A DNA stretch of 64,000 bases from Podarcis pityusensis (taxonomy: Eukaryota), in NCBI GenBank assembly GCA_964106645.2, contig OZ067047.1. One strand, 5' to 3'. The position numbers and the translations under genes are program-made. Position 1 is the stretch's first letter. Every line of letters starts with the position of its first letter. Below are positions 23,936 to 37,089 of this stretch, piece by piece. Below the pieces are notes generated by a model. That model did not search any database. It saw only the letters and a list, made by a program, of their open reading frames with translations, and was not told the origin of the DNA.

Positions 23936-26292
23936 CATATCTACTGCGTGACTGACTTGACTTCTTCTTGAAGAAGAATAGAGAATGCAGTGCTAAATAA
24001 TTAAGTTTTAAGAAGGTTGCTCTTTCTTAAACGTTAGGCGAAATGTCCTAAGTATAAGACAAATATTGCCTATGACAGTTCTGGATTCTTCTTCCTTTCA
24101 TAATTATTTTAAAAGCTGAAACTGAATGCTTTTAAGTATCTTGCCTGTAGCTAAAGAGGTGTTGCTCAATGCTCCTTATTCTATGCAGGATTTGCGGGGA
24201 AATCCATACAAAGCATTCTCTGTGGGCCTCGTTAACCAGAAAAAAGCAGGGCATGGAAACTTGAAAATTCTCTTGCATTGCCTCTGACTTCCTGTGCAAA
24301 GTAAACCTGTTGCTGTTGAGATAGTGGGCCCTTTCCTATGCTCAGAGCTCCCAGGAAATGCCTGCCTTTGCCACTGTCTGGAGCTGATGTTTGTTATGAC
24401 ATTCCAGTTCTGTGTTGCTAAGGTACTTCCCATAAAGTAATTGCTTTGCACAATAACTGTGCAGCTTGTTACTTTCCTCTTGCAGTGGGTTCCAGACTTC
24501 TCTCTAGGTAATTCTTCAGCTGCAGGGATTCATCATGTGCCTAGTATTCAGAGAGCAGTATGTTGCTGCTACAAAGTTGTCAAGATCTGCAGTCCGTTTA
24601 GGTTCAGTTTTGGTTATATTCTCCAAATGATTTGCAGTGTCTCGTCTTCCCTCTAATATAGAACTAACTTTTAATGGAGTAGGTCATGTGGACACTCTTT
24701 GCAAGAGAAAGGTTATCTTTTCACTTTCTACACATTTCAGATGTCAGGAAATGCCTAACCTTCAACTTCTGGCTGCATAATTTTCCCAGCCAGAATTCTC
24801 CTATTTTTTGGAAGCATCACATAGGTGCTGTTAGTCTTCAGCCATGCCTTTCATCATCCAACTGCATATTCGATCTGTCTGTCTCAGGAAGTCTCAAACT
24901 TTTTTTATAGCAAACCTCTTTAGGTCAAGGGAATTGTTATTTCCTGGTTCTAAAGTTACAGGGCCAAAACTGAGAAGGCCCAGTCCCAAACACCGAGATC
25001 TTATTTCTCAAAGTAAAATAAAATTAAAAATTGAACTTGGATTGCCAGTAAATATCAGGACCTAGGAAATTTTATAACAGAAGTAGATGTTTGTTTTTGC
25101 TTTATTCCACATGAGTGTGTTACATAAGCTTTCACTGGTGACCTAGAATCTGAATCTGTGTGCCCTTCTTGGAATCTTCTGAGTTTTCTTTCCTCTTATC
25201 CTAGTCACCATCTTGATTTTTATAAAGTGTAAGCTGCTTTTACTGTCCACAGATTAATTTAGTAGAAAAGTACTCTTCCTTGTCACATAAATAACAAATA
25301 CAAAAGAATGGTGAAAAGAGACTAGGGCTTGCTGAAGGAGTACCATACAGAAGATGGTAAATTAGACATAAAGTCACTCCTTTGTATTGTCTACAGTTCT
25401 ACAGGAAAAGCTTTGTCAGGTGTGAGAAGTAAGAACCTGATGACTTTGAAGGGCTATTAGGAAATAGGAAACAGCACTCTGGATAATGTAGGCATCAAAT
25501 GAGTCTGTAACAGATGTGCTTGGCAGAAGACACAGAGAATTGAAGAGCCTTTGGTATAAGGACACTGTTCTAAACCCAACAGTTAGGCATACATAAACCC
25601 AATGAAATCCTTGAGTTTAAGTATGCCAAACTCTGTGCTGGACTTAGGCCATTGACTACCTGACTGCACCTGGCACCCTCTAGATGTGTTCAGCTACAAG
25701 TCCCACAAACACTGGCCGTTTGCCACTGTGATGGAGCTGGTGGAAGTTGTGGTCCAAAATATTTGAAGGCACCAGTTTGGGAAAAGCTGATACAGCACTT
25801 CACACACTTTAATGCATTAAATGCGTGGGAATTGAAGAATCAGTTCAACCATCCAAGGGGAGGCGGGGACATAATACAGATAGGGAAAGGGATACATTTT
25901 GCAGGACTGTTGTGATCTGAATGAAAAGAAATGGCCAGCAGTAGTCTTAAGTGAGGCTTGATTGATCCAGAGCTCAGACAAGGATTCATCTGCTATCAGA
26001 AACGAACATCTTTGCACCACCTCTCCTTGCAGGTGGGTAGCAAAAACCACTGCAGCAATTACTCATGCTTCAAGGATTCATGCTTCATCTTTCTCCCCCC
26101 ACCCCCTGCCTTTCGGAGCAGGGGGTGGGACGACTTTTGAGTCTGGTCTTCTCTGTGTTTGGTGTCTCCTTGGTCTGTCTGCTCTTCTTGAAGTTTCCCT
26201 CCCTTGATGTTTCCGTTTCAGATGTTTTCACTTTCAAAGTATTTGTTTGGTTGCTTTGAAATTTATTATTATTTTATTTTATTTTAATTCAG

Positions 26293-26355
26293 CATCGGAC
26301 CTTCCCTCCATACGCCACGAGGCAGTGCAGGCGTGGCTGGAAGCAGTCCCAGGAG
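26293..26355 (+). CDS. MICAL3: Probable MICAL3 cassette exon ASDLPSIRHEAVQAWLEAVPG, phase 1 to 1
   Basis: Acceptor ttttaattcag, donor GAG|gtagtt; 63 nt; CpG-retaining coding-like island in AT-rich intron; three downstream TGCATG. Confidence 0.8.
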
Positions 26356-27896
26356 GTAGTTTTGCTGATGTTCTGTTTTACAGCTCACAAGTAACCCTGC
26401 CCGCCACTGCTGGTGCTACCACCTGCCCGGAATTTTAGTGTTCCAGCTGCTGGCCCTTTTTTAACCATGGAGCTATCTATGCCTTTGGTGCTACTGCATG
26501 CTGGGTTGGGGAGGAAGGAGAAGGGAGGAGGCTGCATGTCTCACTGAGATGGTTAATTCTTGCATGAACTAGGCTTCCACGTTAACCTCTCCCAAGGCAG
26601 GCCAAACAAAAAAGAGGTCCATGTGTATTATGAAGGAACTGCAGCTGTTTTTGAGGAGGAAACAGATTTTTCATTTGTGCAGTAGGAAATTAGGACCAAT
26701 TTAAATCTAACGTTTCTTGTATTTGGCACTTCAAAGAAGCTATGCAGATGCCTCTATGTTTTGAAGGTTGTTTTATGCAAATAATAAGGCCATTTATATA
26801 GAACTATATAGCATTATACAGCAAAGGTTTCAAGTTACTTCACATTTTTCTATCATTAATCTTTTTCTCATTAATCCTGTAAAATAGGTTAAGATTATTC
26901 CCGCATTGTAGATGTCAGCTCATTTTAAGAGATGATACCTAGCCTTATAGCTTCCTCTGAATTCATAGCAGAGGTGACATTTGGATTAGAGACATTTTCT
27001 TCACAGCCACTATGCTACAATAGCCCATGTGCATATGGCAGACATGAGCAGTGTGTAGTCCCAGGCACCTGGCTGGAAAATATCACAGCGACTTGGAAGC
27101 ATCATGTTTACAGTGGCCCCTAGTTGTGAATTTCTAAGTTCTTCTATTCCTGAGAGAGACCTGGGCACCCCCTGAATTTGGCATCATTTCAAAGAGGAGA
27201 AAACGCTTTAACAAACCGAAGCTTGTTGTAACCCTAAAATCTGAGAGAAAGGTGGAATATGTTAGCTGTTCTTGCCAGACCATCTTCTGGATCAGTGTTA
27301 GCCAACATGGCACTCTCCAGATGTTGTGGCCATTTAGCAATCTGTCTGGGACTGAAGGAAGCTGCAGTCTAAAATATCTGGAAAATGCCCTACTCCCTCC
27401 CTGCACTTATTATTCAGAATAACCCCCGTCGCTGAGGGCATTTTAGGAAAGAAGAACCAGGTTTTTACAAGCTAGAAACTTAATTTTGCGTAATAGAAAA
27501 GTGATTACCTGAGATTTGGCACCTGAGTTTTGCATGAATGTAGTTAGTGCATTTCTAAAACCTTTTGCTTCTGACAGCAGAGCTTACAGGACGGCTGCAT
27601 ACCGCCTTACCCAGTTGTGGCTGCTGACCAACTTGGACAAAATGTTGGCTCCATTTGTTTCTGGCTACAGTAGTGCATAGCTCACAAATTTTGGTGTGAC
27701 AGCTTTTATCCCTTTGCACTTCATCTTTAACTGCGTAGTGTGTGTAAATGCATACTTGTACAATAACTGTGAATAGGTACGTGTCTCCACCACACCAATA
27801 TATGTTTGCACTAACGTGTTCCCAATTTGTACCTCCATTCAACATGTCACTGACTTCTGAAGTCTTTCTTTTTATTCTGTGAATCGGCCTGAGATT

Positions 27897-27965
27897 ATTC
27901 TGTGAACCGCCCTTAGACCTCCGGGCATAGGGCGGTATATAAATTCAATAAATAAATAAATAAAA
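27897..27965 (+). mobile_element. L2-type LINE extreme 3' end with (TAAA)n tail
   Basis: tgtgaaccgccc...agggcggtatataaat stem-loop then aataaataaataa. Confidence 0.6.
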
Positions 27966-28552
27966 TATATCTTGATAATGTTAACAGGGCAGTCATGGGA
28001 AATTGCACAATAGGTTGGGCAATTACAAAATTTCATTTTTTAAAAAGAGGATTTTCCAAAACGTTGCATCACTTAGCGCCAATTCTTTTAGTCTCTGAGA
28101 TGCTATATTCCAGCTTACCCAACCAGTGCTTGCTTTGGATAGTTGAACAGACCAGCCAAAGTCTGGTAAACATATGCCAAATATAACTGTGCTTTGAAAC
28201 TACTGCTTTGCAAGACAAAATGCACCCAACAGAAAACAAATCTGGTGTCATAGACTTTCAGATAAGCGATTTCAGGGCAGAGATGGGTAAAGTGAACCTA
28301 TTAAAAGCATCTGTGAGCTGAGCTACATGATCAGTAGTGTAATATAGTGCAACTCAAGGTTGGCTTTACGATTTCAAATGCAAATAGGTTCAAATGCTTC
28401 CATGTTTTGTTTTGTTTAGTTTAGTTTTTTTTTAATTGTTCTATATAGTTTTCTCTCAGACATGCTAGGTTTAATAAGCAAAGTTTGGTTTTATGGGGGC
28501 AGCATACAAACATACAGCACACCTCACTTTTAACTAGTGTAATTTTTGTCTT

Positions 28553-28630
28553 TGTTGGAAACCGCCCAGAGTGGCTGGGGAAGCCCAGCCAGATGGATGG
28601 GGTACAAATAATAAATTATTGTTATTATTA
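28553..28630 (+). mobile_element. L2 LINE extreme 3' end, same family as 8555-8974
   Basis: gcccagagtggctggggaagcccagccagat...ggggtacaaataa plus (TAT)n. Confidence 0.75.
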
Positions 28631-28801
28631 GTGGTATAGTTCAGCAAAGTCTGCATCACATGATATTGCTGTTTCTGGCACTTAGATCTTCACACACAAA
28701 AGTGGACTTCTGAAGAGACCACAGTACACCTTAGAACTTGAACTTACGTGGATCTGTTTTCTCCCCTACCCCCGTTTCTTTATGTATCATATTTATTCTA
28801 G

Positions 28802-28894
28802 CCCTGTGTGAGGAGAACGACTATGAAGATGAGGCAGGCACCGAGCCTGCAGAAGCTCTTGAAGATGGGGACACGGGTGCAGAGTTGGATGATG
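28802..28894 (+). CDS. MICAL3: MICAL3 coding exon ALCEENDYEDEAGTEPAEALEDGDTGAELDD, phase 1 to 1
   Basis: Acceptor ttattctag, donor G|gtatgg; 93 nt; GDTGAELDD matches recalled MICAL3. Confidence 0.92.
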
Positions 28895-29485
28895 GTATGG
28901 GACCGTGAACTCCCTAGTGTGTCGTCAGACATAGTTTCTGTAGTACAAAGACATGTCTCAAACGGGTGCAGTGGTGGTATTTTGTGCAAGACTTAGCAAA
29001 CCCCGAAACATTTGAGCTCAGTGCATGTGCTGTTTTAGCAGTGTGTGAATGTGTGTGGAGACAGTTGTAATTACAATTGTAATGTTTTATTCATTTGAGG
29101 ATTAGCGGTGCTCAAGAAAGCTTCTGAGATGAGTGGAGAGAACCTATTGCTATCAATATTGACCTAGAGCTAGCCATATGCTAAATGGGTATACAAAAGT
29201 AATAAAGGATAAGTTAATTATTCAGAGAATGTGCCAAGTCCTTCACCAGCAGATTGTTTTAATGGGGGGCCATTTTGAGAATCAGATGCCAAAGGTGAGC
29301 CAGCCACCCTCCGTCCATCTGTTTGCCTTCAAATCTTACTGTCACAGCCACCATTTCCCTTCACTCATCTCTCTTGACTCTGGGTTGGCAAGGTGAAATC
29401 TTACCACGAAGACACTCTAGATTTGCATGTCAGATCCTTTAGTTTTTGTTCTTCTCCTTTCCTTGCAAAAAACAATGGGGAGCAG

Positions 29486-29623
29486 ATGACATCCCATCTG
29501 ATGCAGAAGCAGAGTGCCGCTTGCATCAAGAAGAGGCAGAAGAACTGGAGCTGAAAGTCTCTGAAAAAGAAGAAGCAGAAGAAGAAGAAGAAGAGATAGC
29601 TGCCCCTTCCGTTGAGACAGAAG
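29486..29623 (+). CDS. MICAL3: MICAL3 coding exon DDIPSDAEAECRLHQEEAEELELKVSEKEE...VETE, phase 1 to 1 (start could be 29483)
   Basis: First AGs after the pyrimidine tract are GAG|CAG| at 29480-29485; donor AAG|gtacca; 138 nt; in frame with ORF 29446..29637. Confidence 0.85.
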
Positions 29624-30481
29624 GTACCAAAATTTAATTATCAAGTCTGAAGCCCCAGGCAGTTTTGAGCAGTCTGCACTGCAGGCGGTACTGTATTCTA
29701 ACACAATACATCATTCTCATTATCATTAAGTAAATCTGTGGCCAAGTTGCCAGAGAACATTTGCTGCTCAGGGAATGCTTGCAGGTGGCTGCCATGAAGG
29801 TGTACACACGGAAAATGTTGTGTCAGGTTATGGAAATGATAGTCTTGCTTAAGTCTAGGCTGCCTTTTTAAAACCTGATTTGTCAAAAGCCCTAAAAGAA
29901 AAAGAATAAAAGGCCAAGGAATAATACTTGACATCTGACATTTTTATGGCAGCTGATCTTACTTGGATATTCAGGCTTCATAAGGGGGTACTAGCTGGAG
30001 CCATGTTCACATTGGGGAGTCTTCTCAGTATGGAATACCTCTGTGGTCCTAGTTTCCATCAGTGGCTTCCTTTCGGCTTTATAGAAGGAGGACTCCACGA
30101 CTTACAGCCAACCATCTTAGACTGGCATGAGTCTTGTGGAAGCTGTTTCTGCTGTCTTGCCTTTGGGGTTTGTTACTATCTTCCCTGGAAATGAAGGCTT
30201 CTCTTGTCATCTTCTGGCTTAATTTTCATCCTGCCCTTCTAGAATTTATGGAATTTGCTACCGCAAAATGTGGTGGTGACCACTAGCTTACGTGGCTTTG
30301 ACGCAATTAGGTAAATGCATGGAAGACAGGGTTATCAATGACTATAAGCTACAATTAGTCTCTGAATCCTTCTTGTCCACTTCTCAGAGGCATCTCAGAG
30401 GCCACTATGGGAAGCAGAATAGACTAGGATTGACTTTGTGTCTGGTCCAACTACCCTTTACTGCTAAACATATTTCTTTTT

Positions 30482-30536
30482 GACCTGTAATGAGCCACAC
30501 CTCTACAAGACCTGTAATGAGCCACACCTCTACAAG
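30482..30536. repeat. Perfect 27-bp tandem duplication
   Basis: GACCTGTAATGAGCCACACCTCTACAA twice. Confidence 0.95.
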
Positions 30537-30813
30537 CAGTGTAATATTTTAGCATCTAAAGCTACAATCCTGTGCATACCTATTTGTGAGTAATCTCCAC
30601 TCATTTTAATAGTACTTGCTGCCAAGTAATATGCATCACATCAGGCTGCACTGACCATAGCACTGTGACTGTCTTGTATAACTGGGTGGAATGGTAGTGT
30701 TCAAGTTAAGTACCAAGTTGACTATCTGGAAATAAGCAAGGAGGCAGTGGTAAACTCAATGCACTTCATTTGGTTTAAAATAGTTATGGACTTTTTTGTT
30801 GGTTTTTCTTCAG

Positions 30814-30905
30814 ACCCTTGCAAGCTCTGTCTGCCTGATCAGTCACCATGTGAGAAGGCTGCTCTGCCCACTCCAGCTGAAAACCACAAGGAAGAAGAAA
30901 AAGAA
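30814..30905 (+). CDS. MICAL3: MICAL3 coding exon DPCKLCLPDQSPCEKAALPTPAENHKEEEKE, phase 1 to 0
   Basis: Acceptor tttttcttcag, donor GAA|gtaaga; 92 nt; supplies the phase change needed to join the next exon. Confidence 0.85.
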
Positions 30906-33492
30906 GTAAGAAAAGGGATTGTGATTTTCTTCATAGCTAATGCTTACGTACCCAGCTGAGTAAAATGTTAAAAGAGAAACTTGATCATAACCCCTGATTC
31001 CATACACAAAATATTTGTAAGCTTATTTTAAATTTTTATTTAAATTTTTATAATAGATTGGCTTGCAACATAAATGCACGTGGAAGTGCTTCTCTCATTG
31101 AAACAGGACTGGCAAATAATTGGTTTGGAATCTCTGTATAAAAACAAGTTCCAAACATTCTGCCATTAATATGCTTAGAACAAAAATTGGTGAAAAATTA
31201 ATGGGAATGTGTTTTAAGAAATTAATTGAGGTAGCTGAAGCCACTGAATTTGTGAGAGTGCTGCCTACGTTATATTTGGTACTTGGGGAAAAAATTCCAG
31301 AATACAAAACAGAGACATCATTTGTGAACACTGTACTTTTGTACAAATAGTGGCTTTTAATAACAATATTTATTATTCATAAAGTGCCTCAGCAGTCTAA
31401 AGCATATTTCAAAAATGAAGACAGGCCCTTCCCCCACACTTAGAGTCCTAGGAACACAAACCTACCTATGGAGAAGGTGTGATCTCATCCCTGGTGGTGC
31501 TCTCATTTTTGCTGTTTTCGCAAGCAAAGCCCACAGTACATCCATATATTATTCTGTAAGGACACAGTGCGTGTGCATTTAGAAAACACTACTCTTCATT
31601 TGATTCACAAGAATGTATTTATTTATTGAAATATTTATATCACACCCATCAGCTACATGTCTATAGAACAACAGAAAATACACATCTTTCAAATGACTGC
31701 CCTGCCCCCACTGTAAATGCCTGAGTAAATAAAATCATTTTAAGCTAATTAAAGACGGGCCAGTGCAAGACAGGAGGCCAGCTGGGACACCATCACAGAG
31801 AAGGCTCTCGCGTCATGGGTACAATATGTGAGGCAGCTGACACCTTAGGTGAAGCCATGTTTTTCATTTGTGCCTCATGCTCTGGAGTTTTCTTAGCTTT
31901 TTGAAAAGCTGATTTACTTTGGACGTTAAGAAACAGCTTGCTAGTATCAAGCAGTACTTTTAATTGGCTATATTCTGTGACAAGGGGGGTGAGTGGTGGC
32001 GGAATGAGACTTTCTCCTTATTCTTTCCCATAGATTTGTAGGTAAAAGACTCATTTCCCAGAATCTTCTTTACTTCAGTCTTTTGCAGGAAAATTTTCCA
32101 ACTTATTCAGAGCTGAGTCAGTCATTCCTTGAGGATGTGTCAGAAGTCACCCAACAATCATCTTTGCTGGCACTTTGTGTGACTTGAACTAGTGTTATGA
32201 AATACAATCCACGTGCCTTGTGGTTTTTTTTTTAGCACAGCTGAAATGCTTAAATTCAAAAAACTACAGAACAAGAATGACAGTCATTAGTGACACAATG
32301 TCCAAAAAGTATACAGCGATCTAAATAGATATAAAAGTAATGCTATAATAATGCCTGAAGAAGGAATAACTCATATTGGCTAGTACTGTAGTCCTTATTC
32401 ATGGTCCTTATTCACCAGCTGTCTGTCTGTTCTGCCCTTAGATCTGCATCATACTACTGAATCTGTTGAGAGCTAGGGTTGTGAATTAAATTCTGACAGT
32501 GGAAAGTACCCAATGTTGCATGGGAATTCTTAGAAACAAAACCCTCCCTGATATTTATAACTGGAAAATGTGATTTGTTCCAAGGGCTGTGTATGCTCCC
32601 CAGTCCTGCGCCAAATCAATTCAGGAGGCTGGGTTAATATTTAGTTTGGTTCTTTTAGATCCTATGCAACTGGGACAGGGAAGGAGAAATTGTTTCTTCT
32701 TTCTTGCTCCCCCAGCTGCACTGCAGAATGCAGAAGGGTTCAGTCTTGCTGGGTTCTTCTTCACCAGCATGCTTCTTGCTGGGAACAGATCACTGTAGTC
32801 AGCGGAGCTTCACCCTTGGTGGGCGACTAGTGTATGTGCCAGTTCTGTTTGCCACCTTCCCTCTCCCATGTCAATGCCCCCAACGTGTCTTAGCTCAGTT
32901 TAGACCCAGGCGTCCCTGCTGCCGCGCCACCACCACCACCAAAGAATGCCACACCACTTTACTCTATGGCCACTTCTTACTCAGCTATTGTTGCTGTTGC
33001 CACCACCAGTATATTGCAGGCAGCGGCTGCCTGAGCTGGACCCACGTCCCTACCACCCCCACAAACAAACTTCTTCATCAGCCATCACCATGGGGGCCAT
33101 AACCAAGTATGAGAAACCAATCTGCAACATAGGGACAGTTCTTCTGTCCTCCTCTCCCCCACGGTTAGGTTCTCTTCCCACTTAGGACCTTTGCAGTCTT
33201 GGCCACCCATTTTTCAATCCTGCTTGGGTCTACTTGCCCAGTGCTTTCCCTGTAGGTGACACACTGGCAACCCAGATCCCTGCAGCCAGCAATATTGCAT
33301 CCTCTGGCCAGTTCCTCATATGAGGAGAGTGTGCACTCTACAATGTTTCCTAGAATTGCTCGTAACAATCTAGGGGTCTGTGGCAAGCATGGAGCAGCTG
33401 GTATATGTACAATGTTTGGAACTCCTTAGTCTAGAACCTGCTGATGGGTGTTTTGTTCCATTGATTATGCTCTGTGTTTTATATCTGTGTAG

Positions 33493-35350
33493 GACTCAAA
33501 GGAGCTTCTTGCAACAGCACCCTGCAAAGATGAATCCCCCGATGTACGGTTTTTCCCTGAACCGTTCCTCCCAGGAGAGGAAGCGCAAGTCAAGATCTGT
33601 GATGACCAAAAAGTCAAAAGCCCACCTGCACCACTCTCTCCAATACGGTCCCAGCCAGTTGCAATGCCTGAGACTATCACACCAACATCTCCTGCAAAAT
33701 CACAGCCAGCAACTCCTGCAGCACCTGCATCTCCACCTGCAACCCCCTTGCCTATTTGTTCACAGCCTTTACCCTCTGGTGAAGCATCCATTCAATCTCC
33801 AGGGGAACCTGTGTGTTTCCAGCCAGTCCCAGCCTTAACCTCCACTCCTTTGGCCAAGCTTGCCCTAAAAAATCAAGATGGAGAGATGGAAAAATTGGGG
33901 AGCCCTACCACAGCAGAAGAAGCTTTGAAAAGGAATAATCTTGTGGAGGAGTTCTGGATGAAGAGTGCTGAAATCCGGAGGAGTTTGGGTCTCACCCCTG
34001 TGAACAGAAGCAGGGGACCAGAGCCAAGCTTTACCATTTCCCCCCTTGAGTCTGCCCCCCTGAAAACATACACCCCTGAGCATATTTCAGAAGAGAAGGG
34101 GATCCACATTGTAAAACCTCAGTCAGCCCCAAAGAAGCCAGTCACAGCGAAGCTAGACAGTGAGCAGTTTTCTTTGCTGACTCCAAAATCCCCATCAGAG
34201 AGAGAGCTGAAAAATTTGAGTGATGTTAAGAGAGAGCTGTCCAGCAGTTCTGGACTGGGTCTTCAGGGCAGTTCATCAAACATGAGAACATTGGCCAGCC
34301 AGAGTTTCAACACTTCTGATTCCACCATGCTCACTCCTCCATCCAGCCCTCCGCCTCCACCACCTCAAAACGAAGAGCCAGCAACACTGCGGAGAAAAAG
34401 GCACCAGGCAACTTGGCAGAACGAGGCTGAGTCTAAGCCGGCTTCTATGCAAACACCTCACCCACCACCAGCAGTCAATGAAAGGATCCGGCCAGCCAGG
34501 GAGCCATCCCAGCCCTCCAGAGAGGAGGTACGGAAATCATTTGTGGAGAGTGTAGATGAGATACCATTTGCCGATGATGTGGAGGACACGTACGATGAGA
34601 GGACTGAGGATTCGAGCATCCATGAAAAATATTACACGCCCCCCAGTAGACCGAGGCCAGAGAAGTCTCTTCACCTACATTTTGTTAAAGAGAATGGTGG
34701 GCCACCATCAATGGAAGGGGGAAGCCAGCAAAAGAGAGGCCTCCCTCAAGTCTCTGCAGAAGCGAAGGAGCTAGCGGAGGAAAGAATGAGAGCCAGAGAG
34801 AAGTCCATCAAGAGCCAGGCCTTACGCGATGCCATGGCTAAGCAGCTATGCAAGATGAAAGAGCTGGAGATGGCCAATGCTGCTGGTGCTGCCAAGTTGC
34901 ACAAGGCATCTACCATGCCTTCAAAGACCAAAGAGCTGTATTTTGAATCCCAGAAGCATTTGGGTATGAAAGCTGGCGAAGGCCCCACCCTGAAACACGA
35001 GGCTAGTAGTGACAGGTTCTTTTCACCCTTTGCAGACACCAGTGGGCGTGATGGGTCAGTCACATCCTCAGAAGGCTCTGGAGGGAAGAGTAAGAAAAGG
35101 ACTTCTCTCTTCTCCCCCCGCAAGAACAAAAAGGAGAAGAAGTCCAAGAATGACAGCAAGCTCTCTGACAAATCCAGCAGTGCGGCTGAGGAAGCCACGA
35201 AGCCCAAATCACTGTGGAAGTCTGTGTTCTCTGGCTATAAGAAAGACAAGAAGAAAAAGACAGATGACAAATCCTGCCCTAGTACACCTTCCAGTGGGGC
35301 CACAGTGGATTCTGGGAAGCATAAGGTGTCTCCAATAGTTAGAGCAGCAG
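33493..35350 (+). CDS. MICAL3: MICAL3 large Pro/Ser-rich exon (DSKELLAT...SPIVRAA), phase 0 to 1
   Basis: Acceptor tctgtgtag, donor CAG|gtatag; 1858 nt; contains most of ORF 33664..35433. Confidence 0.96.
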
Positions 35351-37089
35351 GTATAGTGTCACTGACTGCATTCTTTAGTGATTCCACTGTACCTGAAAAT
35401 CTTTTGCAGATTTCTTCCATGCACAGAATATGAGCCCAAGAGATATTTGAGCAATGTAACCTGTGATTTGGGAGGTGATTAAGGGGGGAGGGGAGAGATA
35501 AGCATAAAAAGGCAGAAGAGGAACAAGGAAAGCATGAAAAAAATAGTATTTTACAAAAGCATGGGATTTCTAGTTTTAGCTCGAGGAATCGGAATATGTG
35601 TTCCTCTGGATGTTCATGTACCTCAGTTCCAAGCAGTCATGGATGGTATCTGGCGAACAACACACCACAAGCTCCCTTTGAAGTGATGTATGCAAGGCAC
35701 ACGTATATTTTCTGTGGGAGCTTTCAGAGACTCCTTCAATTCTTGCAACCTCTTTCTCTTTTAAAAACGAAATTGTTGAAACAGCTTTCTTGTGGGAGGC
35801 TGGATGGGGGGGGGGCAGTTGCTCTGATGATGATTGAGAATTAGTCCCCTACTCCTAAGCAGCATATTCACAGACATGCACATTTGGGGGAGGAGTACAC
35901 AGCTACCCAGTTCTATCACTGTTCCCTGCCTAACTGGGAGCAGCTGTTTTATCCAAGTGCTCCAAATGGGCTACAAAAAAATCCCATGTGTGGCCTAGTT
36001 TTGTGAGGCATGACTGGACACATCCATGAGTTTCCATTTTGCTGCAACACCCAGACTCTAGGGATATTTGTATCAGCAGCAGTGTTAGGCTTGATGTATG
36101 AGTCATCGTTTTCTCCCCCCAGTTCCCATCTCAAGCCTGGTGAAGTCAGTATGAACAGTCTGCTTCATTGTCAACCAGGCTTGGGACTTTAGGATTAGGT
36201 GCATCTGGACTGTGCCCTGCTCTTATTTTAAGCCACTTGGACAAATCCGTTTGAAGGATAGTGTTCTGAGTGATCTGATGGTTTTCTTTCTCATATATTG
36301 TCTGACTCAGTTTATAACTTTTAAAATAGCAGGTTGATTATCTGGAGAATAAGTAATAAAGGTGCCTCAGACGAAATCAGAAATATTCAGCAACTTTCAG
36401 CTTGAGGCCCAGCTCATAAACTTCCATTCCAGTTGCAATGGTATCGGCCTAATTGGTAGCATACCTTCCAGATAACTTGCTTGGCGTGGAAAGAGTAAGT
36501 CCCAGCTGTTCTTCAAGAAACATCTACACTGCTTTTTGAAGAGGAGTATTGAAGAAGTATAAATCAAGGCATCTGAGAAAGTTACTAGTGGAGGTGCAAA
36601 AAGGTCATACTCTTAGATCTTCCACAGATTATTATAATTAATACCAGCAGCACGATATCTCTTTCCCATGTCATAGAAGAGGAGGGATGTAGTCTCACTG
36701 TAGGTAAAACAGGGACAGATAAACCTGGTGTGTATTTGCTTTCTTCCAACGAACTCATAGATGCATAAACACACACTCCTTTTTATCTTCACAACAACAA
36801 CAACCTTGTGAGATAGGCTAGGTGAGTGATGTGGCTCTCAGTGATGTGGTTAGAAATAAATTTAGAAATAAATTTCTTCAACATTAAAGAAATTGAGCAC
36901 ACAGATGTCAAAGAACACCATTAAAAATGGGGAGGGGGAAATCACAAATGGGTAGCTGCTCTAGTCAATGTAGCAGCTGTGGGTGGTGTGTTATTTTTTT
37001 CAGACTTTAAGAGTCTCATCATCTAAGTTCATTATGATGCCAGCTGCTCCTCTGGCTGTGTCATCTGATTTGTTTCTTTACCATCTCAG

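Noticed and set aside
32020-32190. Acceptor-like sites cccatag and ttttgcag with a short open frame
   Set aside because: The 8-nt candidate exon breaks the frame and the longer one stops without a convincing donor; flanking exons already join in phase.
33380-35338. Alternative-frame and antisense ORFs over the large exon
   Set aside because: Shadows of the MICAL3 coding frame.
35351-35433. ORF 33664..35433 continuing as GIVSLTAFF...HRI*
   Set aside because: Read-through past a good donor (CAG|gtatag); homology resumes in exon 37090. The ATG at 33664 is an internal Met.
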